Virus record (IMG/VR): IMGVR_UViG_3300027861_000010
Direction: 5' to 3' (one strand)
Length of the DNA stretch: 64,000 nt
From: a virus
In this document: positions 1-7,736 of the stretch, piece after piece
Position numbering within the stretch: the first letter of the stretch is position 1
Layout: every line of letters starts with the position of its first letter
The notes under the pieces: generated by a model
Database searches by the model: none
Seen by the model: the letters and a program-made list of their open reading frames with translations, nothing else
Told to the model about the DNA's origin: nothing
Made by a program: the position numbers and the translations under genes

Positions 1-33
1 GGATGATGAGCTCAACTTTAGCAAGGAAGGTCT

Positions 34-813
34 ATGGCTTGGTACAACGAAGATCAACCCGAAACATTGAATTTCATGGTGGTAGGAAACTGCCATTCGG
101 GACATGATCTGCTGCAAGCTTGCTTGTCAGCACATCCGACGATGGTTTGTCACGGAGATGTTCTGCATCCTGACGAGGCACTTCGCAAGGAAGAGCACGA
201 AGCCTACTTCGGCGATTCCGGTAAGGTTTCTGATTGGTATCAGCCTAAAGACCTGAGCGTTGAGCAATACCTGAATAACAAAATCTTCGACAATATGTTG
301 TTCGATGAAAAGGCAGTAGGTGTTCGACTGTCTTATGACAATTTTCTCAAGGCGGACCTGTGGGACTACGCCGAGCAGAAATGCAGACAAGGTGATTTTT
401 GCATCCTGCATGTGGCTCGAAATCCTGTGGCTTGTTTTGTTGACTACATGGCGGAGAACCGACGGAAAGGGTTGTTGGATTTTCCGGTCACTCCGAGCTT
501 TGGACATTCAGTATCCCTGGAGCCTGAGGAGCTGACTCATTTTGTAAGAGATCACTTAGCTACTGAGCTTAAGGTTAATCGGCTGTGTGGCGATCGAGCC
601 GTTATTCCCTATCATGAGCTTCTGTTAGACTCCAAAGGCACGTTGCAGCAGATCTTCAAGTTTTTGGATTTGCCTTACAGTCCGGCGTGTGTGCCCAACA
701 GGAAGAAGATTCACACAAGGGACATGAAAAGCCGAATCTCAAATTGGCATCATCTTAAAGCGGAACTTCCAATTGACGTACGCGACGTGCTGGAAAGCCC
801 AACACTGTTCTGA
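34..813 (+). CDS. Sulfotransferase-like protein (Stf0/Sulfotransfer-type fold), 5'-PAPS motif degenerate
   Basis: VVGNCHSGHDLLQACLSAHP..CHGDVL matches the layout xxxPRSGSTLLxxxLxxHP..CxGELF; HVARNP and YHELLLD..LQQIFKFLDL match the C-terminal sulfotransferase pattern; RSGS/T is replaced by HSGH. Confidence 0.6.
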   Translation: MAWYNEDQPETLNFMVVGNCHSGHDLLQACLSAHPTMVCHGDVLHPDEALRKEEHEAYFGDSGKVSDWYQPKDLSVEQYLNNKIFDNMLFDEKAVGVRLSYDNFLKADLWDYAEQKCRQGDFCILHVARNPVACFVDYMAENRRKGLLDFPVTPSFGHSVSLEPEELTHFVRDHLATELKVNRLCGDRAVIPYHELLLDSKGTLQQIFKFLDLPYSPACVPNRKKIHTRDMKSRISNWHHLKAELPIDVRDVLESPTLF

Positions 814-823
814 GCAGGGAAAC

Positions 824-1108
824 ATGGCAAACGAAAAAACAGAACTGACTAAGCGGGAGTTGCAGGTGGTAGCTCTGATCGGTCAGGATAAGAAGTACAA
901 AGAAATCGCAGAAGAGTTGGAGCTTGGTTATGAAACCGTAAAGACCTACGCTGCTCGAATCCGTAAAAAACTGGGTGTTGGCTCTAAGGTTGCCGTAGCA
1001 CTTTGGGCTCAACAGCACGGCCTGATAACAAACGAGGCCCAGAAAAACATGGACGCAATGTTGAGCGAAAAACCGTGGCTTGCACAAGGTAATAAAGATG
1101 AAGAATAA
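824..1108 (+). CDS. Solo LuxR/NarL-type helix-turn-helix protein
   Basis: LTKRELQVVALIGQDKKYKEIAEELELGYETVKTYAARIRKKLGV is a canonical LuxR HTH; start placed at ATG 824 after AGGGA. Confidence 0.85.
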   Translation: MANEKTELTKRELQVVALIGQDKKYKEIAEELELGYETVKTYAARIRKKLGVGSKVAVALWAQQHGLITNEAQKNMDAMLSEKPWLAQGNKDEE

Positions 1109-1646
1109 ACTTGGAACGTTTGCGGTGATCTACAGTAAGCCCAATTGGGATCAGTACAAGCACGAGACGTCCACGCAGTTAATCGGAGAGCATGTTAACT
1201 TGACTTCCGGTAATGTCAGTTTTCCGAAAGAGCCTGACAATTTTCCTTGCTTAGTTGCATCTATGCTCACACCGGTTGACCCGACCAAGGCTAATGCGTT
1301 CTGTCATTTTCGTGTCAATTGCTGCTTCGTCTATCCTGAGGACGCTAAACGACTACTGGACGCTCAATCTCAATTGGATCACTCGATCGTTTTTGACGAA
1401 CCTGATGAGTCGACTTACCCTGAAGACTATGACGACGAGGGCGGGTACCTGCCCACGCAGACTGGTGTATTGCTCTTGGCTTTAGTTAATGAGCTGGAAG
1501 CGGTTGGAGCCGTCAAACGCGAAAAGCTGCTCAAGGAAGTAGCTGTCGTCGAAGAGTGGTTGATCAATAACCAAGAAGATAATATGGGGGAGCTCTCTCT
1601 GGAGTCAGTCTTGGAACGCATGTGGAGGGACAAAGATGCTCGCTAA
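1098..1646 (+). CDS. Hypothetical protein
   Basis: Long ORF overlapping both neighbours in operon fashion; no recognised motif. Confidence 0.6.
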   Translation: MKNKLGTFAVIYSKPNWDQYKHETSTQLIGEHVNLTSGNVSFPKEPDNFPCLVASMLTPVDPTKANAFCHFRVNCCFVYPEDAKRLLDAQSQLDHSIVFDEPDESTYPEDYDDEGGYLPTQTGVLLLALVNELEAVGAVKREKLLKEVAVVEEWLINNQEDNMGELSLESVLERMWRDKDAR

Positions 1647-2256
1647 GTTGGATGCTCCAGGTTGGTGGTTTATGGAGTCGCCGCGGACAGGGACGTCAAC
1701 GATTGAGCGAACACTGAAGCATATTTTTCCTGAGGCCAAGGCTGTGTACGCCAAGCATTGGCCCATCCTTCCGCCTGAGGGATTCCTGAAACGATCAGAT
1801 ACGCTCAGTGTTATTTCAGTGCGGAATCCGTACAGCCGAGCAATCAGTTGTTGGCAATACTTCACTCGGCCAGGCGAGTTCACATTCCTTGAATGGACAG
1901 AAAAGCGACTCAAGGAAGGTTGGTTCGATACCCACATTGAAGCTCGGCCTCAGGTTTTTTGGTTCAATCTTTGGAAGTGGGATGTTATCATCGAACAAGA
2001 GAAGCTGGCCGCACATTTCTGGTCGTTTGTCCACAGGATCGACCCCGAAATCGACGCGTTTGAGCTTCACCGGTACAACGACATTAACGGCCAATGGGTG
2101 AATCGAGTGCGAGCCAAGACGCAACGTCATCGCCCTTGGCAGGAGTATTACTGTCCAAAAACGGAAGAAAACATACGAGAATTGTACGCCGCGGACTTCA
2201 TTTGCCTCTCCGATCAGTATCAAAAAGAGTTTCCAGGAATTGTCGCGGCGTCCTAG
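1636..2256 (+). CDS. Sulfotransferase family 2 protein
   Basis: FMESPRTGTSTI (5'-PAPS loop), SVRNPYSRAISCWQY (3'-PAPS motif), RPQ..WF, C-terminal WQEYY..IRELYAADF. Confidence 0.75.
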   Translation: MLAKLDAPGWWFMESPRTGTSTIERTLKHIFPEAKAVYAKHWPILPPEGFLKRSDTLSVISVRNPYSRAISCWQYFTRPGEFTFLEWTEKRLKEGWFDTHIEARPQVFWFNLWKWDVIIEQEKLAAHFWSFVHRIDPEIDAFELHRYNDINGQWVNRVRAKTQRHRPWQEYYCPKTEENIRELYAADFICLSDQYQKEFPGIVAAS

Positions 2257-2313
2257 CTTTGGGTGACACCGCGGCCTATACTTGAGGTGCCGTTAGCTCG
2301 GCGACACACTGAG

Positions 2314-2355
2314 GGAGCTGGGTGGGAAATGAATTCCTATCCAGCTTCTTTTTTT
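2314..2355 (+). terminator. Intrinsic terminator/attenuator-like hairpin
   Basis: 15-bp stem (2314-2328 with 2334-2348, three G-U pairs), ATGAA loop, then T7. Confidence 0.7.
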
Positions 2356-2367
2356 ATGGAGTTTCCG

Positions 2368-2643
2368 ATGCCACCTCTCAGGAAGAAGAGACCACCAAAA
2401 CGAGTTACCGCTACTATCCATTTTCGTCATGCAAAGAACGAAAAGGGTCATCGCCAACTTTGCGTATACGCTGAGTGCGATCTCGGAGGTACGGTTGTTG
2501 GACCTATCTGGGGCCACAGTGAACAGTCAGTCAAGAAAGCAGTCTCTACGTTGACTCGCGAATGTGACTGTCCTGCGAAATTCCACAAAGCTCAGGAATA
2601 CCACGGTAAACGCATCTTGAAGACAACTCGACGAAAGCCCTGA
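2368..2643 (+). CDS. Small basic hypothetical protein
   Basis: GGAG RBS 6 nt before ATG 2368; Cys/His residues near the C-terminus (CECD-like RECDCPAKFH). Confidence 0.55.
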   Translation: MPPLRKKRPPKRVTATIHFRHAKNEKGHRQLCVYAECDLGGTVVGPIWGHSEQSVKKAVSTLTRECDCPAKFHKAQEYHGKRILKTTRRKP

Positions 2644-2657
2644 CAAATCGCTATACT
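2628..2657 (+). promoter_or_regulatory. Sigma70-like promoter for the putative ncRNA
   Basis: TCGACG (2628-2633), 18 nt, TATACT (2652-2657); same 18-nt spacing as the promoters at 4155 and 23897. Confidence 0.5.
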
Positions 2658-2662
2658 GCCTC

Positions 2663-2865
2663 AGTGGCTTTACCGCAGGTACCGGTAGGTTAGGAGTCGA
2701 GGTGCGGCTAGGAGAGCCAGCGGTTCTCGGCGGGACGGTTGTGTGAGTGAAAAACGAGCAACCGGAGGAGTGTCGGTCGTACCTTCCAGACCGGCATAAG
2801 TTCGGTGGCTTAGCCGCTGCCGGATACTGGGCTCGAGGCAGGGGATCTCGAGAAGTCACTTTTTT
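2663..2865 (+). ncRNA. Putative ~200-nt structured non-coding RNA
   Basis: Starts 6 nt after TATACT; 5' AGTGGCTT pairs with 3' AAGTCACT followed by a T run; several internal hairpins; no credible + strand ORF. Confidence 0.55.
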
Positions 2866-2895
2866 ATTCTTCTCTTTCAAACAAGGAAGTTTGTA

Positions 2896-3390
2896 ATGAA
2901 CCAAGAAGGGCGTAGCGAGCGACAACAGTTAGAGGAAGTTCAAGATCGGCTGAAAGTTCTACAGGCTACGCCAGCAGAACAAAAAGAGTCACGAGCAGAT
3001 TGGTGTCATCAGGATGAGATCCTGGGCATCCTCGCAACTGTTACGGACACTTTGAGTGAGTCAGCCACTACTCGAAGCCACGAACTTGGGCGTATGGCTG
3101 AACGCCTCAGCAGCATTGAGCAAGATGTAAAACACATTCAGTCCGATATCCAAGCCCTGTGCAAAGTCGTACGCGACGGGAACGGACAGCCGTCCTTGTT
3201 ACAACGGCTGGCCAACCTGGAGGTGGTTGTGTCTAACAACAAAGGTGACATCGAAGAAGTCAAAGGGCACGCGAATTCGATCATCGCTGCCAAGGCTCTC
3301 AGTAAGTCGCAGGTGGTAGCCGGATTGATTGGTATAATTGTGACGGCCTTGTTATCCACGCTTGCGTTGGTTGCGACCCTATTGAAGTAG
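2896..3390 (+). CDS. Coiled-coil protein with C-terminal transmembrane helix (holin/XhlA-like architecture)
   Basis: Heptad-rich middle; hydrophobic C-terminus VVAGLIGIIVTALLSTLALVATLL; AAGGAAG RBS. Confidence 0.55.
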   Translation: MNQEGRSERQQLEEVQDRLKVLQATPAEQKESRADWCHQDEILGILATVTDTLSESATTRSHELGRMAERLSSIEQDVKHIQSDIQALCKVVRDGNGQPSLLQRLANLEVVVSNNKGDIEEVKGHANSIIAAKALSKSQVVAGLIGIIVTALLSTLALVATLLK

Positions 3391-3399
3391 GAACAAAAA

Positions 3400-3966
3400 A
3401 TGAGCCTGATCTCGACGACAGATATTCCGGACATCAAACAACTTCAGCTCTACACCGCGGTCAAAGACCTGGAAAAGCGATCGGCTGTCCGAATGTCTGG
3501 GTTACTGCAAGCGACAAAATCAGGCCATTTGATTGTGGGAGTTCCGACAGCCCTAGTCCGTGGTGTTTTTGACGCCATGGCTGAGCCAGGTATTTCCCTT
3601 CCCAATTCCGTAGACGGCGGAGCCCTTCGAGCTGGTGTCGTCGTCATGACTCCGGACGAGTTAGAGTCAATCGGCGGCCCAGACAAGGTCACTGAACGCG
3701 GCAAACAATTCCCGTATCACATGGGTGAACTGGAAGAGACTCCAGCACGCAATTGGCCTGGAGTTACCGTTTGCTGGCATTTGCGAATCAAGTCACCCGA
3801 GCTGGGTAAGCTGCGAAGAACCTATGGCCTTCCGACGAAATTATCGGGGAGTAACGATTTTTCGATCGTCGTGGCCTGCCGTAAGTCTGGAGTTTTGGCT
3901 GCTAATTCGACTAGCAAGTCGATTGAGCAGCAGTCGCAGACTCTGCCGGACTGGACTCGTCCTTGA
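3400..3966 (+). CDS. Hypothetical protein, possibly a degenerate 2H-phosphoesterase fold
   Basis: Two strand motifs ~77 aa apart (RAGVVV, DFSIVV) where Hx[ST]h motifs would fall, both lacking His. Confidence 0.35.
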   Translation: MSLISTTDIPDIKQLQLYTAVKDLEKRSAVRMSGLLQATKSGHLIVGVPTALVRGVFDAMAEPGISLPNSVDGGALRAGVVVMTPDELESIGGPDKVTERGKQFPYHMGELEETPARNWPGVTVCWHLRIKSPELGKLRRTYGLPTKLSGSNDFSIVVACRKSGVLAANSTSKSIEQQSQTLPDWTRP

Positions 3967-4132
3967 GCAAAGCGTCGGCTATTGCTCGAGCAACTTCGTC
4001 TCGATGGACAGCGACATCCCGTGGGGCGTCAATGCCCAACCGAACTTTGTCGCCGCGAATCTCGACGACGGTCAAAGTGACGTTGTCGCCGATCGTAATG
4101 CTTTCGCCCTTTTTCCGACTAAGAACCAACAT
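3911..4132 (-). CDS. csrA: Carbon storage regulator CsrA/RsmA (RNA-binding translational regulator)
   Basis: [47 protein letters not shown] is the CsrA signature; GGAG RBS upstream on the minus strand. Confidence 0.95.
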   Translation of the reverse strand: MLVLSRKKGESITIGDNVTLTVVEIRGDKVRLGIDAPRDVAVHRDEVARAIADALLKDESSPAESATAAQSTC

Positions 4133-4154
4133 GGTTAAATCTCCATCCATGAAA

Positions 4155-4203
4155 TTGAAATACCACACCCGTTTAACGTATACTCTTTTGGGTGACAGGT
4201 CAA
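4155..4203. promoter_or_regulatory. Overlapping divergent sigma70-like promoters (csrA leftward, SET/methyltransferase operon rightward)
   Basis: + strand TTGAAA(4155-4160)-18-TATACT(4179-4184); - strand TTGACC(4203-4198)-17-TACGTT(4180-4175). Confidence 0.6.
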
Positions 4204-4219
4204 TAAAGGTTGTACTGGA

Positions 4220-4687
4220 ATGAATTCGCTAACGCAACACCTACCCTGCAAATCTTCAAGCCCCGTACTTGATCAATTTTTGCCCGCTGAGAAGCAGGCA
4301 GAAGAAGACTGGTACATAGGCTCTTCCGACATTGAAGGTCAAGGCGTATTTGCCGGAAAGGATTACGAGGTTGGCGATACAATCGGCTTGGCTATGACGC
4401 CCGGCGACGAGGATGAATGGTCGGCTAAAATCTGGAATTTGACAACCTTGGCTCGTCACTGCAATCATCAAAGCAAGAACAATGTTGAAGTGAAGAAGGT
4501 TGACGGCAAGTTCGATCTGGTTGCATTGCAGCCGATCAGCCAAGATGATGAGCTGGTGTCAGATTACTATCAGGTGTCGCGAACAATGGGTCCACATTCC
4601 CGAATGATGTGGGACGGCAAAGATGTTCCGGTGACTGATCTCGACGGTTACATTGAGAAGGAAAGAGACGAAGATGAAAATACTTGA
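4220..4687 (+). CDS. SET-domain protein-lysine methyltransferase
   Basis: [11 protein letters not shown] (motif I), ARHCNHQ..N (NH motif), DDELVSDY (ELxxDY); preceded by a short leader ending EKQA. Confidence 0.85.
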   Translation: MNSLTQHLPCKSSSPVLDQFLPAEKQAEEDWYIGSSDIEGQGVFAGKDYEVGDTIGLAMTPGDEDEWSAKIWNLTTLARHCNHQSKNNVEVKKVDGKFDLVALQPISQDDELVSDYYQVSRTMGPHSRMMWDGKDVPVTDLDGYIEKERDEDENT

Positions 4688-5246
4688 AATCGGCCCGGGA
4701 ACTGCCGACGGTAAGTCCCTGGTTTTTCCCGACGCAGACACTGCAGATATCCAGGGCTCTGGTCCGACAGCAAAGGTTGAGCTGGGCCAGAGCCCTCTTC
4801 CGTTTGCGGACGAGTCTTACGACCTGGTCTTCATGTCACACATTCTCGAGCACATTCCCTGGTACCGTTCCGTAACAGCCCTACGCGAGGTTCACCGTGT
4901 GTTGAAGCCCGGTGGCGAACTGGAACTCTATGTGCCGGACTTTGCTTTCATTGTGCAGTGCTACCAGGAGCAACGTTGCGGTGATGATTGGCGAATCTTC
5001 AACGACGCTGGCGGGTGGATGACTTGGGTCAATGGTCGTCTTTTCACCTACGGAGAGGATGCAACTGAGTTGCTCAGTAAAGAACGACCGATCCCGCAGA
5101 CACACCACAAAGCCGTGTTCGATGAGCCGTACTTACTGGCTCGACTGGAGGATGCCGGATTCACTAAGGTTCAGGCATTACGCAAGCGGCGTAACGGTAA
5201 AGGACACGGCGTTCGTGAAGCTGGTGCTTTGGGTATCAAGCAATGA
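4674..5246 (+). CDS. Class I SAM-dependent methyltransferase (Methyltransf_11-like)
   Basis: ILEIGPG motif I; LPFADESYDLVFMSHILEH; EVHRVLKPGGELELYVPD. Confidence 0.85.
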   Translation: MKILEIGPGTADGKSLVFPDADTADIQGSGPTAKVELGQSPLPFADESYDLVFMSHILEHIPWYRSVTALREVHRVLKPGGELELYVPDFAFIVQCYQEQRCGDDWRIFNDAGGWMTWVNGRLFTYGEDATELLSKERPIPQTHHKAVFDEPYLLARLEDAGFTKVQALRKRRNGKGHGVREAGALGIKQ

Positions 5247-5821
5247 GAAAACTCGAAATCGGACCACACGAAACACGAAGAACTCCGGACGGTGCACATC
5301 CTTCGTCGTGGGATACCCTTGATGTTGCGTATCAGGCTACCCACAACGCCAAGTGGGGCGACGAACGGTTGCCGATAGCTGATGCAGCGTACGACTGGGT
5401 TCATGCTTCTCACGTTTTGGAGCATTTGACGTGGTGGAAGACGTTGCCTGCCTTGCAGGAGGTTCACCGCATCCTGAAACCTACCGGACGTGTTACCATC
5501 TGGGTGCCGGACGCGATGAAGATCATCCAGATGTACGAGCAAGATCCCGAGCAGTTCTTGAAACTGGAAGCTGATTGGTCTTGTGGCGGCAAGAATCCCG
5601 ACAAGGATCCGTGGGTGTACTTAAACGCTCGCGTTTTTTGGGGGGCTCGTCCTGGCGAGGCCGGACAGGAACAGCATTTCCATCGAGCCATGTTCGGGGA
5701 AGCCTCGTTGCGAGCTGTGTTGGAGAAGGCTGGGTTTAGGAATACCAAACGAATCGAACGCGACTGTCCTAGTGACCCTGGTCACGGTTGGATGGAGGTA
5801 GGGATGGAAGGGTTTCGATGA
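5243..5821 (+). CDS. Class I SAM-dependent methyltransferase, paralogue of upstream gene
   Basis: LEIGP; LPIADAAYDWVHASHVLEH; EVHRILKPTGRVTIWVPD. Confidence 0.85.
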   Translation: MRKLEIGPHETRRTPDGAHPSSWDTLDVAYQATHNAKWGDERLPIADAAYDWVHASHVLEHLTWWKTLPALQEVHRILKPTGRVTIWVPDAMKIIQMYEQDPEQFLKLEADWSCGGKNPDKDPWVYLNARVFWGARPGEAGQEQHFHRAMFGEASLRAVLEKAGFRNTKRIERDCPSDPGHGWMEVGMEGFR

Positions 5822-6678
5822 ATTTTGTCAGCGTACAGCAACTTTATGACGACATGGCTGCATGGGAGCGGACGTTACCGCACTTTGATGCGGTGTGCGG
5901 CGTACCTCGTAGCGGAATGATCCCTGCGGCATACATCTCTTTGCGGCGGAACATTCGGCTGGTGGAGCTGACCGATCTGCTTCGAGAACCTAAAGGTGCG
6001 ATCGAACGAGCCCCGCTGCGGGAAACCAATCCGATCGTTAAGTACAACAGCCGAGTGGGCAACCGACTGCTGATCGTCGACGATTCATCCAGTGAGAACA
6101 GCGTGACATTCACGGGGCTGCGGGAGCAACTGGCTGAGCAAACTGCCTTGGACGTCAGCTTCGGTGCCGTTTATCGAGCAGCTCCGGCCAGCAAAGTTGA
6201 CTTCTATCATCGAGAGATTACGCTGCCTCGCATGTTCGGTTGGAACTGGTACAGGCACTGGTGGCTGCAACATGCCCTGCTGGACATGGACGGTGTACTT
6301 TGCGAAGACTGGAAGCATCGCCCAGAGAAGAATCACGACGCCGAGTTTGTGCAGCACTTGAAGGAAGTCAAACCGCTGTACATTCCCGACGTACCGATCA
6401 GGGCGATCGTCACCAGTCGGTTGGAACGCTACCGTAAAGAGACTCAAGACTGGCTACGGAGACACGGGGTGACGTATCAGCGATTGATTATGCATCCTGC
6501 TCGGACACCGGAAGAGCGAAGACAACTCAATGATCACGCCGAACGAAAGGCCGCTGCCTATGCTGCACAGAAGGATGCTGTTCTCTTTGTGGAGAGCGAC
6601 ATCAGACAAGCAACGAAAATCAACCAAATTACAAAGAGACCAGTACTATGTATCGACACAATGGAAATGTTGAATTAA
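5818..6678 (+). CDS. Type I phosphoribosyltransferase fused to a HAD-superfamily phosphatase
   Basis: AVCGVPRSGMIPA and LLIVDDS (PRPP-binding loop) in the N-half; LLDMDGVLC (DxDG), AIVTSR, K, LFVESD in the C-half. Confidence 0.75.
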   Translation: MNFVSVQQLYDDMAAWERTLPHFDAVCGVPRSGMIPAAYISLRRNIRLVELTDLLREPKGAIERAPLRETNPIVKYNSRVGNRLLIVDDSSSENSVTFTGLREQLAEQTALDVSFGAVYRAAPASKVDFYHREITLPRMFGWNWYRHWWLQHALLDMDGVLCEDWKHRPEKNHDAEFVQHLKEVKPLYIPDVPIRAIVTSRLERYRKETQDWLRRHGVTYQRLIMHPARTPEERRQLNDHAERKAAAYAAQKDAVLFVESDIRQATKINQITKRPVLCIDTMEMLN

Positions 6679-6695
6679 CTCACTAGGAAATTGTT

Positions 6696-7259
6696 TTGCC
6701 CTTACACTTGGAAGAAGATTTTCGCTTCGCCACACCCGTGGAGGTAGCGAACTACTCGCCTGCTGATCTTGTCTGGAAACCACATCTGGCTGGTTTCGAG
6801 TTCAGCCAATTGCTTGACCAGTTGAACGGTCAAGTGATCGCAAGCAACCAGGCAGGTCGCCTATTTCGTGGGCTTGTGAAAGCCCCAGGAGGAACTGCAC
6901 TATGGTTGGCAAAGCACTTGAGTTCCAATGATTGTGAAAATGAGCTACTGATAACTACTGAGCCTGAATGTTCTGATCCACTGTTACTTTCTGAACTCCG
7001 TACTTTGGAGAATGTTGTTGACGCGACAGAAGACGCCGGTGACTTGCAACGCTTCGAGCATTACGACTCAATTGATTGCAGTGTCTTAGCGTGTCGTGTT
7101 GGACTCCTCGATCAGTTTCGATTGATTGAGACGCACCCTCGGTTACGCCGGAAACCGATCATCGCTTTTGACCCCGACCGTGCTCTAGTTTCTGAGGCTG
7201 AGGGCCGTGGTCGTTACTTTATGAACTCCGCAATATGGGTCTGCGATAATGGGAATTGA
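6696..7259 (+). CDS. Hypothetical protein
   Basis: ORF with AGGA RBS and TTG start, coupled to the next gene. Confidence 0.5.
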   Translation: MPLHLEEDFRFATPVEVANYSPADLVWKPHLAGFEFSQLLDQLNGQVIASNQAGRLFRGLVKAPGGTALWLAKHLSSNDCENELLITTEPECSDPLLLSELRTLENVVDATEDAGDLQRFEHYDSIDCSVLACRVGLLDQFRLIETHPRLRRKPIIAFDPDRALVSEAEGRGRYFMNSAIWVCDNGN

Positions 7260-7698
7260 ATGTCCAGCAGATCACCCCGAGTGGGTGAAAGACTTGATCC
7301 GAGAGGTGTCCGAAGAAATTCGACCGTTGGGTTTCATCGGACAGATTGGCTTTCGGTACCTACCTCCTGACGTACCACAAAACACGTTGAAACACTGGGT
7401 CATTGGTGTTTATCTCGTGCCGCACGAATTGGCCGGAGGGAGTCACGATGGTGCCGCAGCAGTTTCAGGTTTCTGTCTCAACATTTTCAAAGTGATAGCA
7501 CTTTTTTCTGAGCTCTTGACACTGGAATGGAGAGTCCCGAGAGGCTATACTGATGGGCTCGCTGGCCCAGAAGTTTGGTTAGAGGGACTTTATCGAGGAA
7601 AGCAGCAGGTTCAGCTCCATGTTTATGCTGAACCGCCTTCCGATGAAGCTCCCGCTTTGGTCCTGGATGTGACTACAAATACTCTGCGAGCTAAGTGA
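7249..7698 (+). CDS. Hypothetical protein
   Basis: ORF with ELAGGSHDGA..SGF..GPEVWLEG.Y motifs; recalled as similar to planctomycete hypothetical proteins, not verified. Confidence 0.55.
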   Translation: MGIECPADHPEWVKDLIREVSEEIRPLGFIGQIGFRYLPPDVPQNTLKHWVIGVYLVPHELAGGSHDGAAAVSGFCLNIFKVIALFSELLTLEWRVPRGYTDGLAGPEVWLEGLYRGKQQVQLHVYAEPPSDEAPALVLDVTTNTLRAK

Positions 7699-7736
7699 TT
7701 CAGTGTGTCAATCTATCGAGCTAACAGGAGAGTCTT

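Noticed and set aside
2663-2865. SRP RNA, 6S RNA, cobalamin riboswitch, T-box or known ribozyme identity for the ncRNA
   Set aside because: CAGG..AGCAG helix-8 motif, GGGAA B12 core, T-box and hammerhead/pistol cores are not matched; left unassigned
4427-4440. AAAATCTGGAATTT as a seventh palindrome copy
   Set aside because: Two mismatches and inside a CDS; could be chance
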